Positions 10,012-21,324 of a stretch of DNA of 64,000 bases are shown here, one piece after another; the stretch's first letter is position 1, and each line of letters begins with the position of its first letter. The DNA is from Babesia bigemina. Taxonomy: Eukaryota. The translations under genes and the position numbers were made by a program. The stretch spans positions 744,001 to 808,000 of the forward strand of contig NC_027219.1 in assembly GCF_000981445.1 (NCBI RefSeq). The letters run 5' to 3'. The notes beneath the pieces are model-generated. The model saw only the letters and a program-made list of their open reading frames with translations, was not told the origin of the DNA and made no database searches.

Positions 10012-13000
10012 TTACTCCCAGTTTTCGCGCATATCGGCTAACAAGTGCACGTATGCAGCCAGATGTGTGACCTGTGTCTGCTCACGGGCGGCCGCTGCAA
10101 GTGCGTCGGCGCGGTACGCGGTGTACATCTCGTTACAGATTTCCTGCGCCCACTTGCAGCCGCCGTTGGCGGCCGTGGCCACCTCGTAGTGCACTTGAAG
10201 ACGCTTTAAGACCTCAACAACCGGCCGCAGAGCGCCCCTCACCACGATACACGCGTAGCGCCACAGCAGAGCCTTCACCGGTAGCGGAATCGAACCTCCG
10301 TCCGCGGCCTCCACGAACTCCCAAATCTGTCGAATGTGGTTCACGAACGCGGCGTAGAGCTCCGAAATCTCACTGCTCTGCCGCGTGTAGCCAACGTGCC
10401 TGCTGTGCAGCGCCTGCAGGATGCCCTCGGTGGGAATCTTCTTGTTGAGCAGCGAGAGCATGCACAGCGGGTAGACGTACGCGCGAAGCTCCGCGACCAC
10501 GCCAAAGCGGCTCGTGTAGTGCGCATCGGCTACCTCGGCGCAGCGCACGAGGGTCACGTCGACCTTTCTGTGCAGCAGCTCCAGCAGGGTGGCCACCGAT
10601 TCCACGGCGTTCACACGGCGCGCCAAGATGGAAATAGAGCTCGCGCCGTCGCTTGGCGAGCCATCGACGGTCTCGATGTGCTGGTGGTGCAATACGAAGG
10701 CGCCTAGCTTCGGCATGCTGCGCTGGTCCTGGGGGACGCCGCAGCTGCGGATGCTCTGCAGCAGCAGCCAGTCGAATGCCGACAGCAGCCGCTGCAGGTG
10801 TGCGTGCGCGCGCAACGGTTGCAGAGCGAGGACCCGATGCAGCTCCGGCAGTTGCGACCACAGAGTAAATGACGACGCCGTGAACACGCAGCCGAAGTCT
10901 CGGTAAACGGCTGCCAGCTCGTCCTCACTCCGAACGTGGCCCTGATCCCGATCTGACTGGGGATTATCCATCGAAGAAACAGACTCGTGCGATGCTGGTG
11001 AACGCAACGGTTTCTTTGCATCCGCCGATGAGGCGCCGTGAGCATGGTCCGGATGCTGGGTCGAGTGGCGCAACGCATGGCTTGCCGTTGTGGACGGGGG
11101 GCATTGAGCAGCGCTTTCCGTTGGAACGTAGGCGCATTCCAGCCTCTTAATATTCTCGCGTGTACGTGTATCTGATGCGCCTACGCTCCCAGCCGACGCG
11201 CGATTGCGACGTTCGAAATTCCCTCCGCCGACATTGCTGGTGTCGAACTTACCGTGCAGACCTGCTGGTGGCTGCGGGTGACGATTGGATACGCGGCCCT
11301 TGGAATCCTCATAACGCTCGGAAGTGTTGTGACGCGTGTTTGCCGATGTAGATGACGATTCCGCATCGCCGCCGACGCTTTCCGACCCGCCCCTGCGATG
11401 TGACCACCCGGTGGTGGCGGGGTGCGCGGTCCCCGACTGCCAAGACGTTATGTTCACACCCAGGAAGGCGCTGCTGGGCGTCCAGCCGTTGTAAGGGTTC
11501 AGCGGGCATAGCCGTATCCCGGCAGTGTGCCGCGAGGACTGCCGCACACGTTTGGTGAGCATGTAGTGCAGCGCGAAGACATCGTACCGCTCACCGGCGT
11601 CAGTAGCTGGCGACATGAGCCTTTGCAGCGAGTCTCCCGACACGCACATCCTGAGCTTTTCCATCGTGGCGCTGTAGAAGTGCTCCACGTACGGCGTCAG
11701 GATGCGGTCGTGGATGGCATCCTCCAAGGCCTCCAGGTACCCCAGCGCGTCCCTGCTGCTGCAGCTGAATTCGTCCTTCGGCACCGCCTCCAGAGCGGAC
11801 TGCCCGTGGACGCGCAATACCTCGCGTACGCCGCCCATTTCCGGCGGTGAGGTGGCCGCAACGGTGGCAACATCGTCCTCCACTGCACACGTCGACTCGG
11901 AGTTGTCAGACTCCTCGGCCGCACCCAGCGAACCGCCGGCCGGCGCAATGCATTCCGTATGCGCCGTCACGAAGAAGCGCAGCAGTAGCGCCACTTTCAA
12001 ATAGTCGCTGCGGTCCCTCGCAGCTGCGATATTAAATTCGTTGATGATGGCGACCAGCAGGCTGCAGGCGTAGGCGGGAAGAGAGGCGAAGTCGCGACGG
12101 ATGTGCGCAAGCACGCGTTCACGATAGCTGGCGACGCCATTTTCATCGAGCTCGGAGATGTAGCCGTATATGGGCTCCAGCATGGCACTGAATGGCTTCG
12201 GGATCGCACCGTCCTGCGCCGACTGGTGATCCAGCGACGCCGCGGCAGATTCGAAGAACGTGGTAAACTCGCCAAGCACCTTGCACACCATCAGCAGGAT
12301 CATGTTTGGCCCCAGCTTCCGTGCGCAGTGAGCCAGGTGGGACACGGAGCAACTGGGAGCTGTTGCGCCCCCAGGCGACGTGAACCCGGCTTCGGCACCG
12401 CGACCCGCCCACGGCTCGGGAGACGCGGCGTCGGAGTTGAGATAGCGCTGCATGGTGATGAGTGCGATGCCGAAAATCTGCCTGCGATGCCCCGCCAATA
12501 CGCGGGCGGCCGCCGTCTCGGTGTCGAGCCCTAGCAGGTGGAACAGCCGTAAGCTCGAGTGGAAATCCAGGCCCGACTCCACCTTCCAGGCACAGTTCCT
12601 CACCAAACTCTGCAGACGGCTCGTAAAATAGTCCGTAGACGACCGTAGCAGCACGAGCCGTGCAGTTTCGGGGTTGCTGGTCCGCAGTCTGTCGATGGTG
12701 TCCACCGCCACCGCCGCCGCCAGGATGCGGTGCCGGATGCATGCCCCGTGGCAACTCACGATATCGCGATATAGCCCGACCCCCCTCACCTGTAGGAGCA
12801 TCGCATGGCATCGTCGGACCTTCGCCAAATGCGACGCGGTGCGTGACAGTGAGGCCGCGTTGCGCAGGCTTGAGCGGGAGTAGGCGTCGAACGATTCCCG
12901 CAGACGCGGCACGTAGGACTCGCATATGTTCCGCATCGCCTCGGCTTGCGTGGCGCGTACGCAGGCCTCCATCAGGTCCCTGTGGCGCGATTGGGTTACC

Positions 13001-13422
13001 TCGGCCAGATGCTTGTCCAGGGCGGCAGCCGCGGAGGTCAGGGCATGGATCCGGTGCCTCAAGGCAGGCCAGGGATCCCCGTCGGGGAGCGCATCGAGCT
13101 CCCGCGTGACCAGGAGAGCCTCCAGAGCTGCTGATGATGCGGACGCTTGGTCTCCAGGCGATGGGCGAAAAACTCCATCCGGCCTGTCTACTCCCAGATG
13201 CTTGCAGAGCGCTTCCACGGTACACTGGTCAGTGGCACTGACGAATTCCAGGACGATATCGCGCACCGCGCCGTGTAGGTGCCCTGTCTGCGGCCTGTCC
13301 AGCGGCGAACGCGCGGCGCCGCGGTCATCGCCGCTGACGTGCATGGTCGGATCGGCCGTCATCAGAGGAGCGTCGACATGAGACCGGCGCTCCCCGAGCT
13401 GCCTGCGCTCTACCAAGCCCAC
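10012..13422 (-). CDS. VPS50: VPS50/syndetin-like (EARP complex subunit)
   Basis: 1136-aa ORF with an N-terminal coiled-coil region. C-terminal segments ARRVNAVES, ELRAYVY and IPLPVKALLWRYAC resemble the syndetin C-terminal domain. Confidence 0.6.
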   Translation of the reverse strand: MGLVERRQLGERRSHVDAPLMTADPTMHVSGDDRGAARSPLDRPQTGHLHGAVRDIVLEFVSATDQCTVEALCKHLGVDRPDGVFRPSPGDQASASSAALEALLVTRELDALPDGDPWPALRHRIHALTSAAAALDKHLAEVTQSRHRDLMEACVRATQAEAMRNICESYVPRLRESFDAYSRSSLRNAASLSRTASHLAKVRRCHAMLLQVRGVGLYRDIVSCHGACIRHRILAAAVAVDTIDRLRTSNPETARLVLLRSSTDYFTSRLQSLVRNCAWKVESGLDFHSSLRLFHLLGLDTETAAARVLAGHRRQIFGIALITMQRYLNSDAASPEPWAGRGAEAGFTSPGGATAPSCSVSHLAHCARKLGPNMILLMVCKVLGEFTTFFESAAASLDHQSAQDGAIPKPFSAMLEPIYGYISELDENGVASYRERVLAHIRRDFASLPAYACSLLVAIINEFNIAAARDRSDYLKVALLLRFFVTAHTECIAPAGGSLGAAEESDNSESTCAVEDDVATVAATSPPEMGGVREVLRVHGQSALEAVPKDEFSCSSRDALGYLEALEDAIHDRILTPYVEHFYSATMEKLRMCVSGDSLQRLMSPATDAGERYDVFALHYMLTKRVRQSSRHTAGIRLCPLNPYNGWTPSSAFLGVNITSWQSGTAHPATTGWSHRRGGSESVGGDAESSSTSANTRHNTSERYEDSKGRVSNRHPQPPAGLHGKFDTSNVGGGNFERRNRASAGSVGASDTRTRENIKRLECAYVPTESAAQCPPSTTASHALRHSTQHPDHAHGASSADAKKPLRSPASHESVSSMDNPQSDRDQGHVRSEDELAAVYRDFGCVFTASSFTLWSQLPELHRVLALQPLRAHAHLQRLLSAFDWLLLQSIRSCGVPQDQRSMPKLGAFVLHHQHIETVDGSPSDGASSISILARRVNAVESVATLLELLHRKVDVTLVRCAEVADAHYTSRFGVVAELRAYVYPLCMLSLLNKKIPTEGILQALHSRHVGYTRQSSEISELYAAFVNHIRQIWEFVEAADGGSIPLPVKALLWRYACIVVRGALRPVVEVLKRLQVHYEVATAANGGCKWAQEICNEMYTAYRADALAAAAREQTQVTHLAAYVHLLADMRENWE

Positions 13423-13609
13423 ATGCTAACACATCCGTGTAGACGTTCCGTACACACAAGATTTGCATGTCTTTGTTGCGGATATGGGCGCGGGGTCATC
13501 ACAGTCGGCGGATGATGTCGCGCCGCCCGCCCGTACACATCACCGGCCGCGACTACGCAGTACAAGCGGCAATAGCTCCAGCGCGAAAACAACCCAAGTG
13601 GCAACCAAG

Positions 13610-14463
13610 ATGGCTATGGAAAGTTACAAGGACAATTTGATGAGACTCTGTCTCGACAGGGGCGCACTAATGTACGGCGACTTCACCCTCAACAGCGGCC
13701 TCAAATCGGATGTCTTCTTCAACTCCGGCGTGCTGAGCGACGCGGAGTCGTTTTCAGCGCTCGTTGAGGTGCAGGTCCAGCTGCTGATCGACCAGAAGCT
13801 CGACTTCGACGTGCTGATTGGGCTCCCTTACAAGGTAGGTACCACACCGTTGAGTTCAAGAGCCATGCTGAGCATCTCAGCGCAGCCGCGTGTCCACGGA
13901 CTGCGCGTATACTGAGCTGTCTATCGCTGTCGGAGCGGCCTGAGAGCGTGGCGGCGACAGCGGTCCCGCGCAATGTCGAGTGGCTTGCGAGCTGCAGCCC
14001 GGCCTTCCTGAGCATCGGCAGCTGTCACCCTCGAGACCTGATATAAACACGCGCAGGGCATCTCTATGGCCGCCGCCATCGCCATGAAGTACTGGGAGCG
14101 CACCGGGAAGCGCGTCAGCTTCGGCTACCACCGCAAGGAGCCGAAGGACCACGGAGAGGGCTCGCTGTTCGTCGGCGCCCCCAGCGCCTTCGCGCCCGGC
14201 ACCAGGGTCGTCGTCATCGACGACGTGCTGACCACGGGCAAGGCGCTGTTCAAGGGGATCGACCTCGTCCAGCCGCTGGGAGTCAACGTGGTCGGAGTGG
14301 TGGTCATACTCAACCGCGAACCCACGCATGGAAGTGAGTAAAGCATCTACAAATTACACGATGTTCAGCTGTTGCGCAGGCGCTCGCCACGCGCGGAATA
14401 CCCGTGCTGTGCGAGGCGTTCACGCTCAACGAACTGCGATCGTACGCGCAGAAGCGCAACTAA
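13610..14463 (+). CDS. OPRT: Orotate phosphoribosyltransferase; introns 13835-14056 and 14334-14368
   Basis: GDFTLNSGLKSDVFFN, GLPYK|GIS, RKEPKDHGEG and the PRPP-binding motif VVVIDDVLTTGKA. Confidence 0.95.
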
Positions 14464-14465
14464 GG

Positions 14466-17045
14466 TTACCTCCCATTTAGGAGCTTGCACAGCCAGTTCA
14501 CTTTTTCGCGGCACTCTGGCACAGACGGCTCATTCTCCGTCTCCAGTTGCTCCAGGCGCTCCATTATCTTGTTCATGAGCGTGGAGTTCACGAGGTGCAC
14601 CGACAGGTCGGCGCCGAACGCAGTCACAAGGTCGCCCGCGAGCGCCACGGCCAGGCGGTAGTTGCACGACGAGTAGTAATGCTGCGGCGTGTCCACCACC
14701 TGCTGCACGAACTGCAGAATGCTACTCACGTAACCGCGCAACGCGTTTAATTGGTTAGCACCCTTCTGCCCGTATAAGATCCCGGTGAACGACAACAGCG
14801 CGCCCTCGCGCAGGTCGGTGATGTACCATATCCACTCCTCGTTCTCCACGGGGCCCATCTCGAACGAAATGCTCGCAGCTTGCAACAGCAGGTTCATCGA
14901 CGGCTCCAGGTACGCCGCGAACGCGGGACCAGCCACAATCGCGATGTCGCCGAGCGCGGTCACGATCGGCGGCTTCAGCTTCTGCGGCGTGTTGAAGTCG
15001 GCCAACGCGCTCAGAAGGATGTCCATCATCTGAGGCACGTACGGCCGCATGCTGCTGTCCATGACGCGCGACATGTCGCTGATCAGCTCGACGCACGCCT
15101 TGCAGGAGTCGACCATGTCGGGACGCCGGAGCCCCGCCAGCACAATATCCATGAGCTGCGGGAGGTGGGGCTGGAACTCCTCGCTGCCCACACGGTTTAT
15201 CAGCGCGCTCACAGTGAGCAGGGCGTCCTCACTCAGGTCTTCCTGCAGAATCGTGTAGAGGTTGCGCCACAGGTTCTGCGTGCTGGGCACGAACTCGACG
15301 TGGGTCAGCAGCACCTGCACCACGCCGCAGATGGTCTCCTGCCGCGAGCGCGTCTCGGAGGTCTGGTCCTCAGATGACACTGACTGCGATAGCATCCGTT
15401 CGAAGTGCTCCAGCATGCCGCCCAGCTGCTTCCGGCATCGGACGCTCACATTGGAGATGAAGTTGCACAGGCTGCTGTGGGCCGACGAGAACAGGTTTTT
15501 CTCCATGGCGTCATCCATGCTGGCCCTGCGGACCAGCGCGTCGCACACCTTGGGGAAGATGGCGTCGATCAGGTCACGGTTGCCCGAGGCGCGGACCGCG
15601 TTCTCCGCCAGCTCGTGCAGGAACCAGCACACGTTGGCGGCGACGCGCGCCGGCTTGAACAACGCCCGCATTATCTTCGACAGGTTGCTGTTTGAGTCGT
15701 CCAGGTGGCCCAGGTAGGGCAAAATCACCTGGCAGTGGAAGCTCGCGATACGCCCAATCGTCCACGCGGCCGTGTCCTGCACTGCGATCGAGGGGTCGTC
15801 CATCACGTCGCAGAGCCGGTCGAACGAGTCGCGGACCAGCATCTGCAGCGTCTCGGCGTCGGGGCCCTCCATTATGTAGCCGTACGCGAGCACAGCCGCC
15901 TCGCGGTGGTTCCACTTCTGGTGGTTGAAGTTGTCGTTGATGAACTGCAGCACCGACGGCACGATGTCGTTACGCACCGTCTGCGAGCACAGCGAAAGGC
16001 ACACGCCGGCGGCCATAGGCAGCGTCCAGGTGTCGCTGTCGAAGTCCTCGTACTCGTGCAGCGTCATGGTATGTAAAATCTTGGGCAGCAGGTACGAGAT
16101 CACCTGCTGGATGATGTGCTGGTTGGCATCGGGGTTCTCGAACTCGAGCTGGATCTCAGTTTCACAAATGGTGTTCCAGAACTCGAACGCGGGAATCGCA
16201 ATCTCGTCGACGCAAGTGTCGATCGCCTGCCACAACAGCGGCACTATGAACTGCAGGCATGGGCCAATGAGCTCGTAGTAGTCGGTGATGAGCTGCACCA
16301 GGCAGTCGTTTGCCGCCGCGCGCACATCGGGGCCGTTACCCGGCGCGCTGTTGTAACAAATAGCACGCACGATGGCGTCGCGCTCGCTCGGGATGGCCAT
16401 GTTGCTGCCGACGAACGGCAGGATGTGCTGCATACAAGTCATCACTGTCTTGCGGCTGCGATCGTCGGCCATGCACGCGCCCTTCACGATCGACGTCAGC
16501 AGTCGATCGCACTCAGATTTCGAGAGGAACGCGGTGCCGTGGCTGTAGTATACCGAAGACAGGTCCTCGATCAGGTACTGCACGCACTTTAGCGAACTGC
16601 GACACGCCTCAACGTCGTTCGAGTCCATCATGCCGATGATGATGTCGAAAAACTCTGGCCAACCCTGACGACGCAGCTCCAGCTCGGCGATGCGCGAGAT
16701 CACGTAGCACGCCGCCAGCACCGACTGGCTCTCGCCGCCCGATTTCATGACGTTGAGCAGCTGGACCTTTATGTAGCGCAACGAGTCCTCGGGGACTTGC
16801 AGCAGGACGTTCGCGTTAGGGTCGCTCGACTTGGGGTCGCGCTCGAAGCAGTTCTTCAGCAGCACACCCGCCAACTGACGTATGTCGCTGTTCACATGGG
16901 CGTTCGCGATCACGTCGCACAAGGCACGCACGAACTCCGGCAGCTGGTGCTTGCGCATCTCGCCCAGCTGGCGCTGAGCCTCGGCGAAAGTGGCCGAGGT
17001 CGGAGTCAGGCACGTGGCCAGGATGTTCAGCAGGTTGCTTTCCAT
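14466..17045 (-). CDS. KPNB1: Importin subunit beta-1
   Basis: IBN_N motif IRQLAGVLLKN, AFEFWNTICETE, DTWTLPMAAGVCL, WNHREAAVLAYGYIMEGP and VQDTAAWTIGRI. Confidence 0.95.
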   Translation of the reverse strand: MESNLLNILATCLTPTSATFAEAQRQLGEMRKHQLPEFVRALCDVIANAHVNSDIRQLAGVLLKNCFERDPKSSDPNANVLLQVPEDSLRYIKVQLLNVMKSGGESQSVLAACYVISRIAELELRRQGWPEFFDIIIGMMDSNDVEACRSSLKCVQYLIEDLSSVYYSHGTAFLSKSECDRLLTSIVKGACMADDRSRKTVMTCMQHILPFVGSNMAIPSERDAIVRAICYNSAPGNGPDVRAAANDCLVQLITDYYELIGPCLQFIVPLLWQAIDTCVDEIAIPAFEFWNTICETEIQLEFENPDANQHIIQQVISYLLPKILHTMTLHEYEDFDSDTWTLPMAAGVCLSLCSQTVRNDIVPSVLQFINDNFNHQKWNHREAAVLAYGYIMEGPDAETLQMLVRDSFDRLCDVMDDPSIAVQDTAAWTIGRIASFHCQVILPYLGHLDDSNSNLSKIMRALFKPARVAANVCWFLHELAENAVRASGNRDLIDAIFPKVCDALVRRASMDDAMEKNLFSSAHSSLCNFISNVSVRCRKQLGGMLEHFERMLSQSVSSEDQTSETRSRQETICGVVQVLLTHVEFVPSTQNLWRNLYTILQEDLSEDALLTVSALINRVGSEEFQPHLPQLMDIVLAGLRRPDMVDSCKACVELISDMSRVMDSSMRPYVPQMMDILLSALADFNTPQKLKPPIVTALGDIAIVAGPAFAAYLEPSMNLLLQAASISFEMGPVENEEWIWYITDLREGALLSFTGILYGQKGANQLNALRGYVSSILQFVQQVVDTPQHYYSSCNYRLAVALAGDLVTAFGADLSVHLVNSTLMNKIMERLEQLETENEPSVPECREKVNWLCKLLNGR

Positions 17046-18180
17046 CTTGGCGCCTGGTTTTGCGATAAAGAAGGCGGCGCGCACTTGAGCGTGCCCGAGA
17101 CGGTCAAAACGGCCGCTCGGCCCTCACAGCCGGCAGCTGGCACGAGGTGGGCAAGCGCCTCGGCCGTGAATGCGTGCTCACGTAATTTGGGTCGCCGGCG
17201 CTGCAGCGCGCCACCTCACCGTCCGGTGCGGCACCGGACGTCCTCAGCAACCGATCGCGCTAAAAGCTACCCAGCCACTGCGGAGGTGCGTAACTGATCG
17301 ACGGTAATTTAAAATATCCGGCTGCCAGATCGCCTGCGCTGAGATTAGCTTACCGGCGCGGGAAGTGTCTGGGTCACATGTGTAGGCCCGTTGCTGCGGC
17401 GGACGGGGGTGCCGCTTACACGTAAAAACTGCAAATACCACGTTTAACAGCCGACGCCAACCGCGGCTACAAACCGTGAGGATAGTTATAGACAGATGGT
17501 CGTATACGCCCGGAACTGTGGGGAGCAACGTCAACATTTCACAGAATCTGGATCGCAATCGCGTCGGTCGCATCCAGCACGAAACACTGAAGCGGTTAAA
17601 CTGCCGGATGCGCGCACAAGTGCATCGCATAACGCGAGAATGGACGGAACGGGCTAAATCCACAGCAGCGGGAAGGGTGCGCGCCAAAACGCAGTAAACG
17701 TCCGATCGCCGACACGAAGCCTAGCTCACGCAGTTCATTTCGCACGTAGCAAAACATGACGGCCATTTCTAGTTGCGTGGATGTTGTGGAACGTATAGCT
17801 CTTGTGTGTACACGGACAGCAGCGACTGCAGCCTGTTGAGCCAATCAGCTTATTTCTGAACCGAAAACAGCATTCCAGGGTGGCATTTTATTGATGCGGG
17901 TGTAAACTGTAGCTATCCCTCGAAATCGACGCTGCGATGCCTGCGAGTCATCCAATTCAGAGTCACATATTTGTAACGACCAAGACAGCGGACAGTCGGT
18001 GTCGCCACGGGCACGGAACGCGTCGTACTAATACCCGCAGCAAATAACCGGCGTCCAGCTGATGCCGGCCAAAACACGCTTCACACATACACTGACGCCT
18101 CCCCACCGGCCGGCGATGCGGCGTGCCGCCAGCACGACTACCCAGCGCGTGACTGATAATACGCAATTAACAACTCAGCG

Positions 18181-18547
18181 ATGTCTACGGCGCCGGGGTA
18201 GGTCGACTCAACCGTCAGCAACATCGCCCAGGCTCGCGTTTGCCAACCTCACGCTCCTCCTCGACGTGCCGCAGTTGCCGGCGATATTCGCCGCAAACTG
18301 CTACCACAACTACCGCACGTACGCCAGGGAGCTCAAGCTGGTGCTCTCAGGAGCGGAGGACCTCGTGTACCCCTTCAACAGGAGTGAGTTGCCAGCCGAT
18401 GAGCGTCACAGCCGCCTGCAGTCAACGTCCAGGACAGATACACCAACAAAATGGGCAGACCCAGGAAGTACAGTTCGGGTAAGCGCTCGCAAAACTGGCG
18501 ATTTGCATCTGTGTACAGGACCGTGCCCGCTGGGAAAGCCGTATTAG
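18181..18547 (+). CDS. Small apicomplexan-specific mitochondrial ATP synthase accessory subunit (ATPTG-type), 4 exons
   Basis: Splicing three short introns (first 18198-18231) gives MSTAPGLAFANLTLLLDVPQLPAIF…DLVYPFNRINVQDRYTNKMGRPRKYSSGPCPLGKPY*. This closely resembles a Toxoplasma ATP synthase subunit as recalled (MSTSPGLAFANLTLLLDVPQLPAIW…TNRMGRPRKY). Subunit number uncertain. Confidence 0.75.
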
Positions 18548-18719
18548 GAGCGGAGCGGTTAAACAACGGCCGCGACAACGGACCGGGTGACCGCCGCGAC
18601 CTGAGGCAACACGCCCCCGCCGCGCTCCGACGAGCGGTGGAGACCGCGCGGAAATGCAGACACACTCTAATAATATCTGATAGAACATTGACGCGAATGT
18701 GATTGAAATGATAAAAAAA

Positions 18720-21324
18720 TCACGCCTTGGCGTTGCAAGACGCGTAGCTACAGTCGCCCTCGAATGAGAGCATCATGTAGCGGACAGTGAGCTTTGTCAC
18801 AAGGGCAAGAGCGCGCGCATCTTTGGCACTCGCAAACACATCGCGGAACACGCCGAACGGCTGGGAAAGCGCAATCTCCCCGTAGCGCGACTCGCCTTCC
18901 GAAACCTTCACCTCATCCGCCGGACGCATGCGTTCGGACGCGGCGCGCAGGTCATCGAACCAGCACGATTGCCACGCCATTGTGTACGGAAGCGAAAACA
19001 CTTTGGAAGGCTCGCAGGAGAAGCACTCGTCAGTCGTGGACACAGATTCCAGGTCGGACGACGACGAAAAAACAGAAGCCGACGGCTCAACATCGCCCTC
19101 GCTTTTCGGAAGGCTCTTGAATGGGAACACATCATCGGCAGAGTTAAGCAACTTTTGCAACGTATCGACGCTGAAGACAGAACTCGCGTCGATGCTAGAC
19201 AAGGCGGACGCAGCGGGCACTGCCACCACGGGCATCTGCTGCCAGTCGTCATCGTTCTGCAGGTGACATGAGCGATACAGCAGCAAAACACACCAGACTG
19301 TGCATGCGGGCGCTTAGAATGGATATGATGCGGTTGAAGGCCTGAAGGGGGTAACGGTAGAGCACGACTCGCGTATCGCAGTTGCACGGGTGGTACGCCT
19401 GGCAGCTAATGCACACAGTGCAGTTGCAATGCAAGCACATCAGACAGCCTGATACGCGTCAGCAAATGCTTGGTGCACAATCACTCACTTCCAAACGTCG
19501 GCGTGTCGCACAGGTCGCAGTCCCTCATCGACACGTAGGACAGCAACATGCACCCGCGAAGGAAGCTGTCGTCGTCATCACTCCACAGCATTTTGAGCGC
19601 TTCGACATAAGACTCGGCATCAAACTCTGAAAGCGATGGCAGCATTTAGACCCAACGGTTAGCTTACCCTGCAGGCAGGCCTCGTCCATAAACTTCTGCA
19701 CGTCGAAGACGTCAGGACAATCCAAATGCAAATACATCTGCAACATGGGGTACAGGATGCTGCTTCGCAGCGTGAATTCTGCGCGAGGTGAAACGAACGT
19801 GACGGGGGCAAACGCACCCTGGGATACCAAGAGCGAAAGGGAGTGTATCATTCGCGCTAGGTCCGCAGTGCCGAAGTCGCGGTAGTTGCAGACGCCGCTC
19901 ATCACTAACGAGTAAAACGATACGCACGTCTTCCTGATAAACTTGTAGTTCACCAACGACTCGTAGCCCATCGTCAGCCAGCTCACAGGAGCGATGTTGC
20001 ACGCCTCGTTGCCGTTGTAGCCCGTATTCAGACCGCTGTGATACGCGCGCGGCCACGCAAACACGAACTCGTTCTCCCGCTGCACGACGCGGTACACCGG
20101 GATGCGGTTTGCGATCAGCACATCCGGCGGAACCTGGATACGAAGGCTGTACAGCGCGAACTCCTCGCTCTCGTGGGCCGAATAGTCCTTCAGCAGCGTC
20201 TCCAAGCGAGTAGCCTTCCGACCAGGCACTACGTACCACACCTGGCGAGCATCAGGGCCAAAAGCAGCGCTACACTAACCTTGGGTGCGCCAAAGTGGTG
20301 GTAGTTCACCGCGCCGAAGTAGTTGTCCTCCGTGTGCCAGCAAAACGACGTCAGGCACATTCCTGCGCGACGTGTGGAATAAAAGCCGCGTTAAACTCAC
20401 CAATGTAGAACCACGGGCTGTTCACGCCGGGGATCACTCGGTCGAAGTAACGCAGCAGAGAGCCGGGGCACTTGGGCAAGTTGCGCATGTTCCACACGTC
20501 GGTCTCGGCGGCCGTACCTCTAACATCGACCATCGCATCCTTGAACTCTCGCGAGTACACGTTCAAATCGGTGGCGTATTTAACCACCAGTGAGCCGCTC
20601 CCTTTCTTCACCAAGGCCCAGTACATGTGCTCGACCTGTTCCACACTCGGGTCCTCGCAGCCGAACAGCTCATTCTTCAAGCTCGTGTCCTCAGCTTTCA
20701 TGCGCTCGCAGTCCCAGCTATAGCTGGGGTGGGAGAACCCCTGCAATGTGGATTGTGAGGCCGCAAGCGACGAGGTACCTTCCCATTGCAGAGATTCTCA
20801 ATGCGCTGCTCACGAACCTTGAACTTCACCCTGTCCGTGTCCAGAGGACACGTGCCGCGCCACCCGTCGACAGGCACCACCTTTATCGCGCCATACCGCT
20901 CCCCTGTGCGCAATATAACGGTGCGGTGCCGCCAACGTACCCAAGCGGGAGTACTTGTGCCAAAGCTTCACGGGGTCGCGGAACTCCTCAGCATTGGCAT
21001 AGATCGTCGGCACGTTGACAAACGACGCGTAGTCCATGTGCAACTCCTGGGTCTCCTGGCACAAAAATTAATCCGCAGGGCGCCAAAACATACCAATCGG
21101 CTCCGCTTTATGGCAGCCATCGTGTCGCGGTCGGCGCGAGCCTCATGGACAACGTTGAAGTAGGAAGGTCGCCTCGTCGTTCGGGTACTGCGACGGCACG
21201 CCTGACCATCACTTCCACTGACATTATCGGCCCCGCAATTGGCTCTTTTCCGCGTGTACTCGGGTTCGAAGCTCGAATCCGACACGGAAGATTTACGTGA
21301 GAGCGCCTCCCTCGCCGACACCAT
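18720..21324 (-). CDS. JmjN/JmjC histone lysine demethylase (KDM5/KDM4-like), multi-exon
   Basis: JmjN: PTIYANAEEFRDP…YGAIKVVP. JmjC: WNMRNLP, IPGVNSPWFYIG, FCWHTEDNY, GAPK|VWYVVP and FAWPRAYHSG, with the H-x-E…H iron ligands intact. The 3' exon linkage is less certain. Confidence 0.88.

Noticed and set aside
14005..14060. Firm call of a TPP riboswitch
   Set aside because: Only partial motif resemblance. The P5 stem-loop and the exact CUGAGA context are missing and the host gene is unrelated to thiamine. Kept only as a structured-intron lead.
17085..18180. Short ORFs between importin beta and the ATP synthase subunit
   Set aside because: No motif or splice support; most likely a divergent promoter and UTRs.
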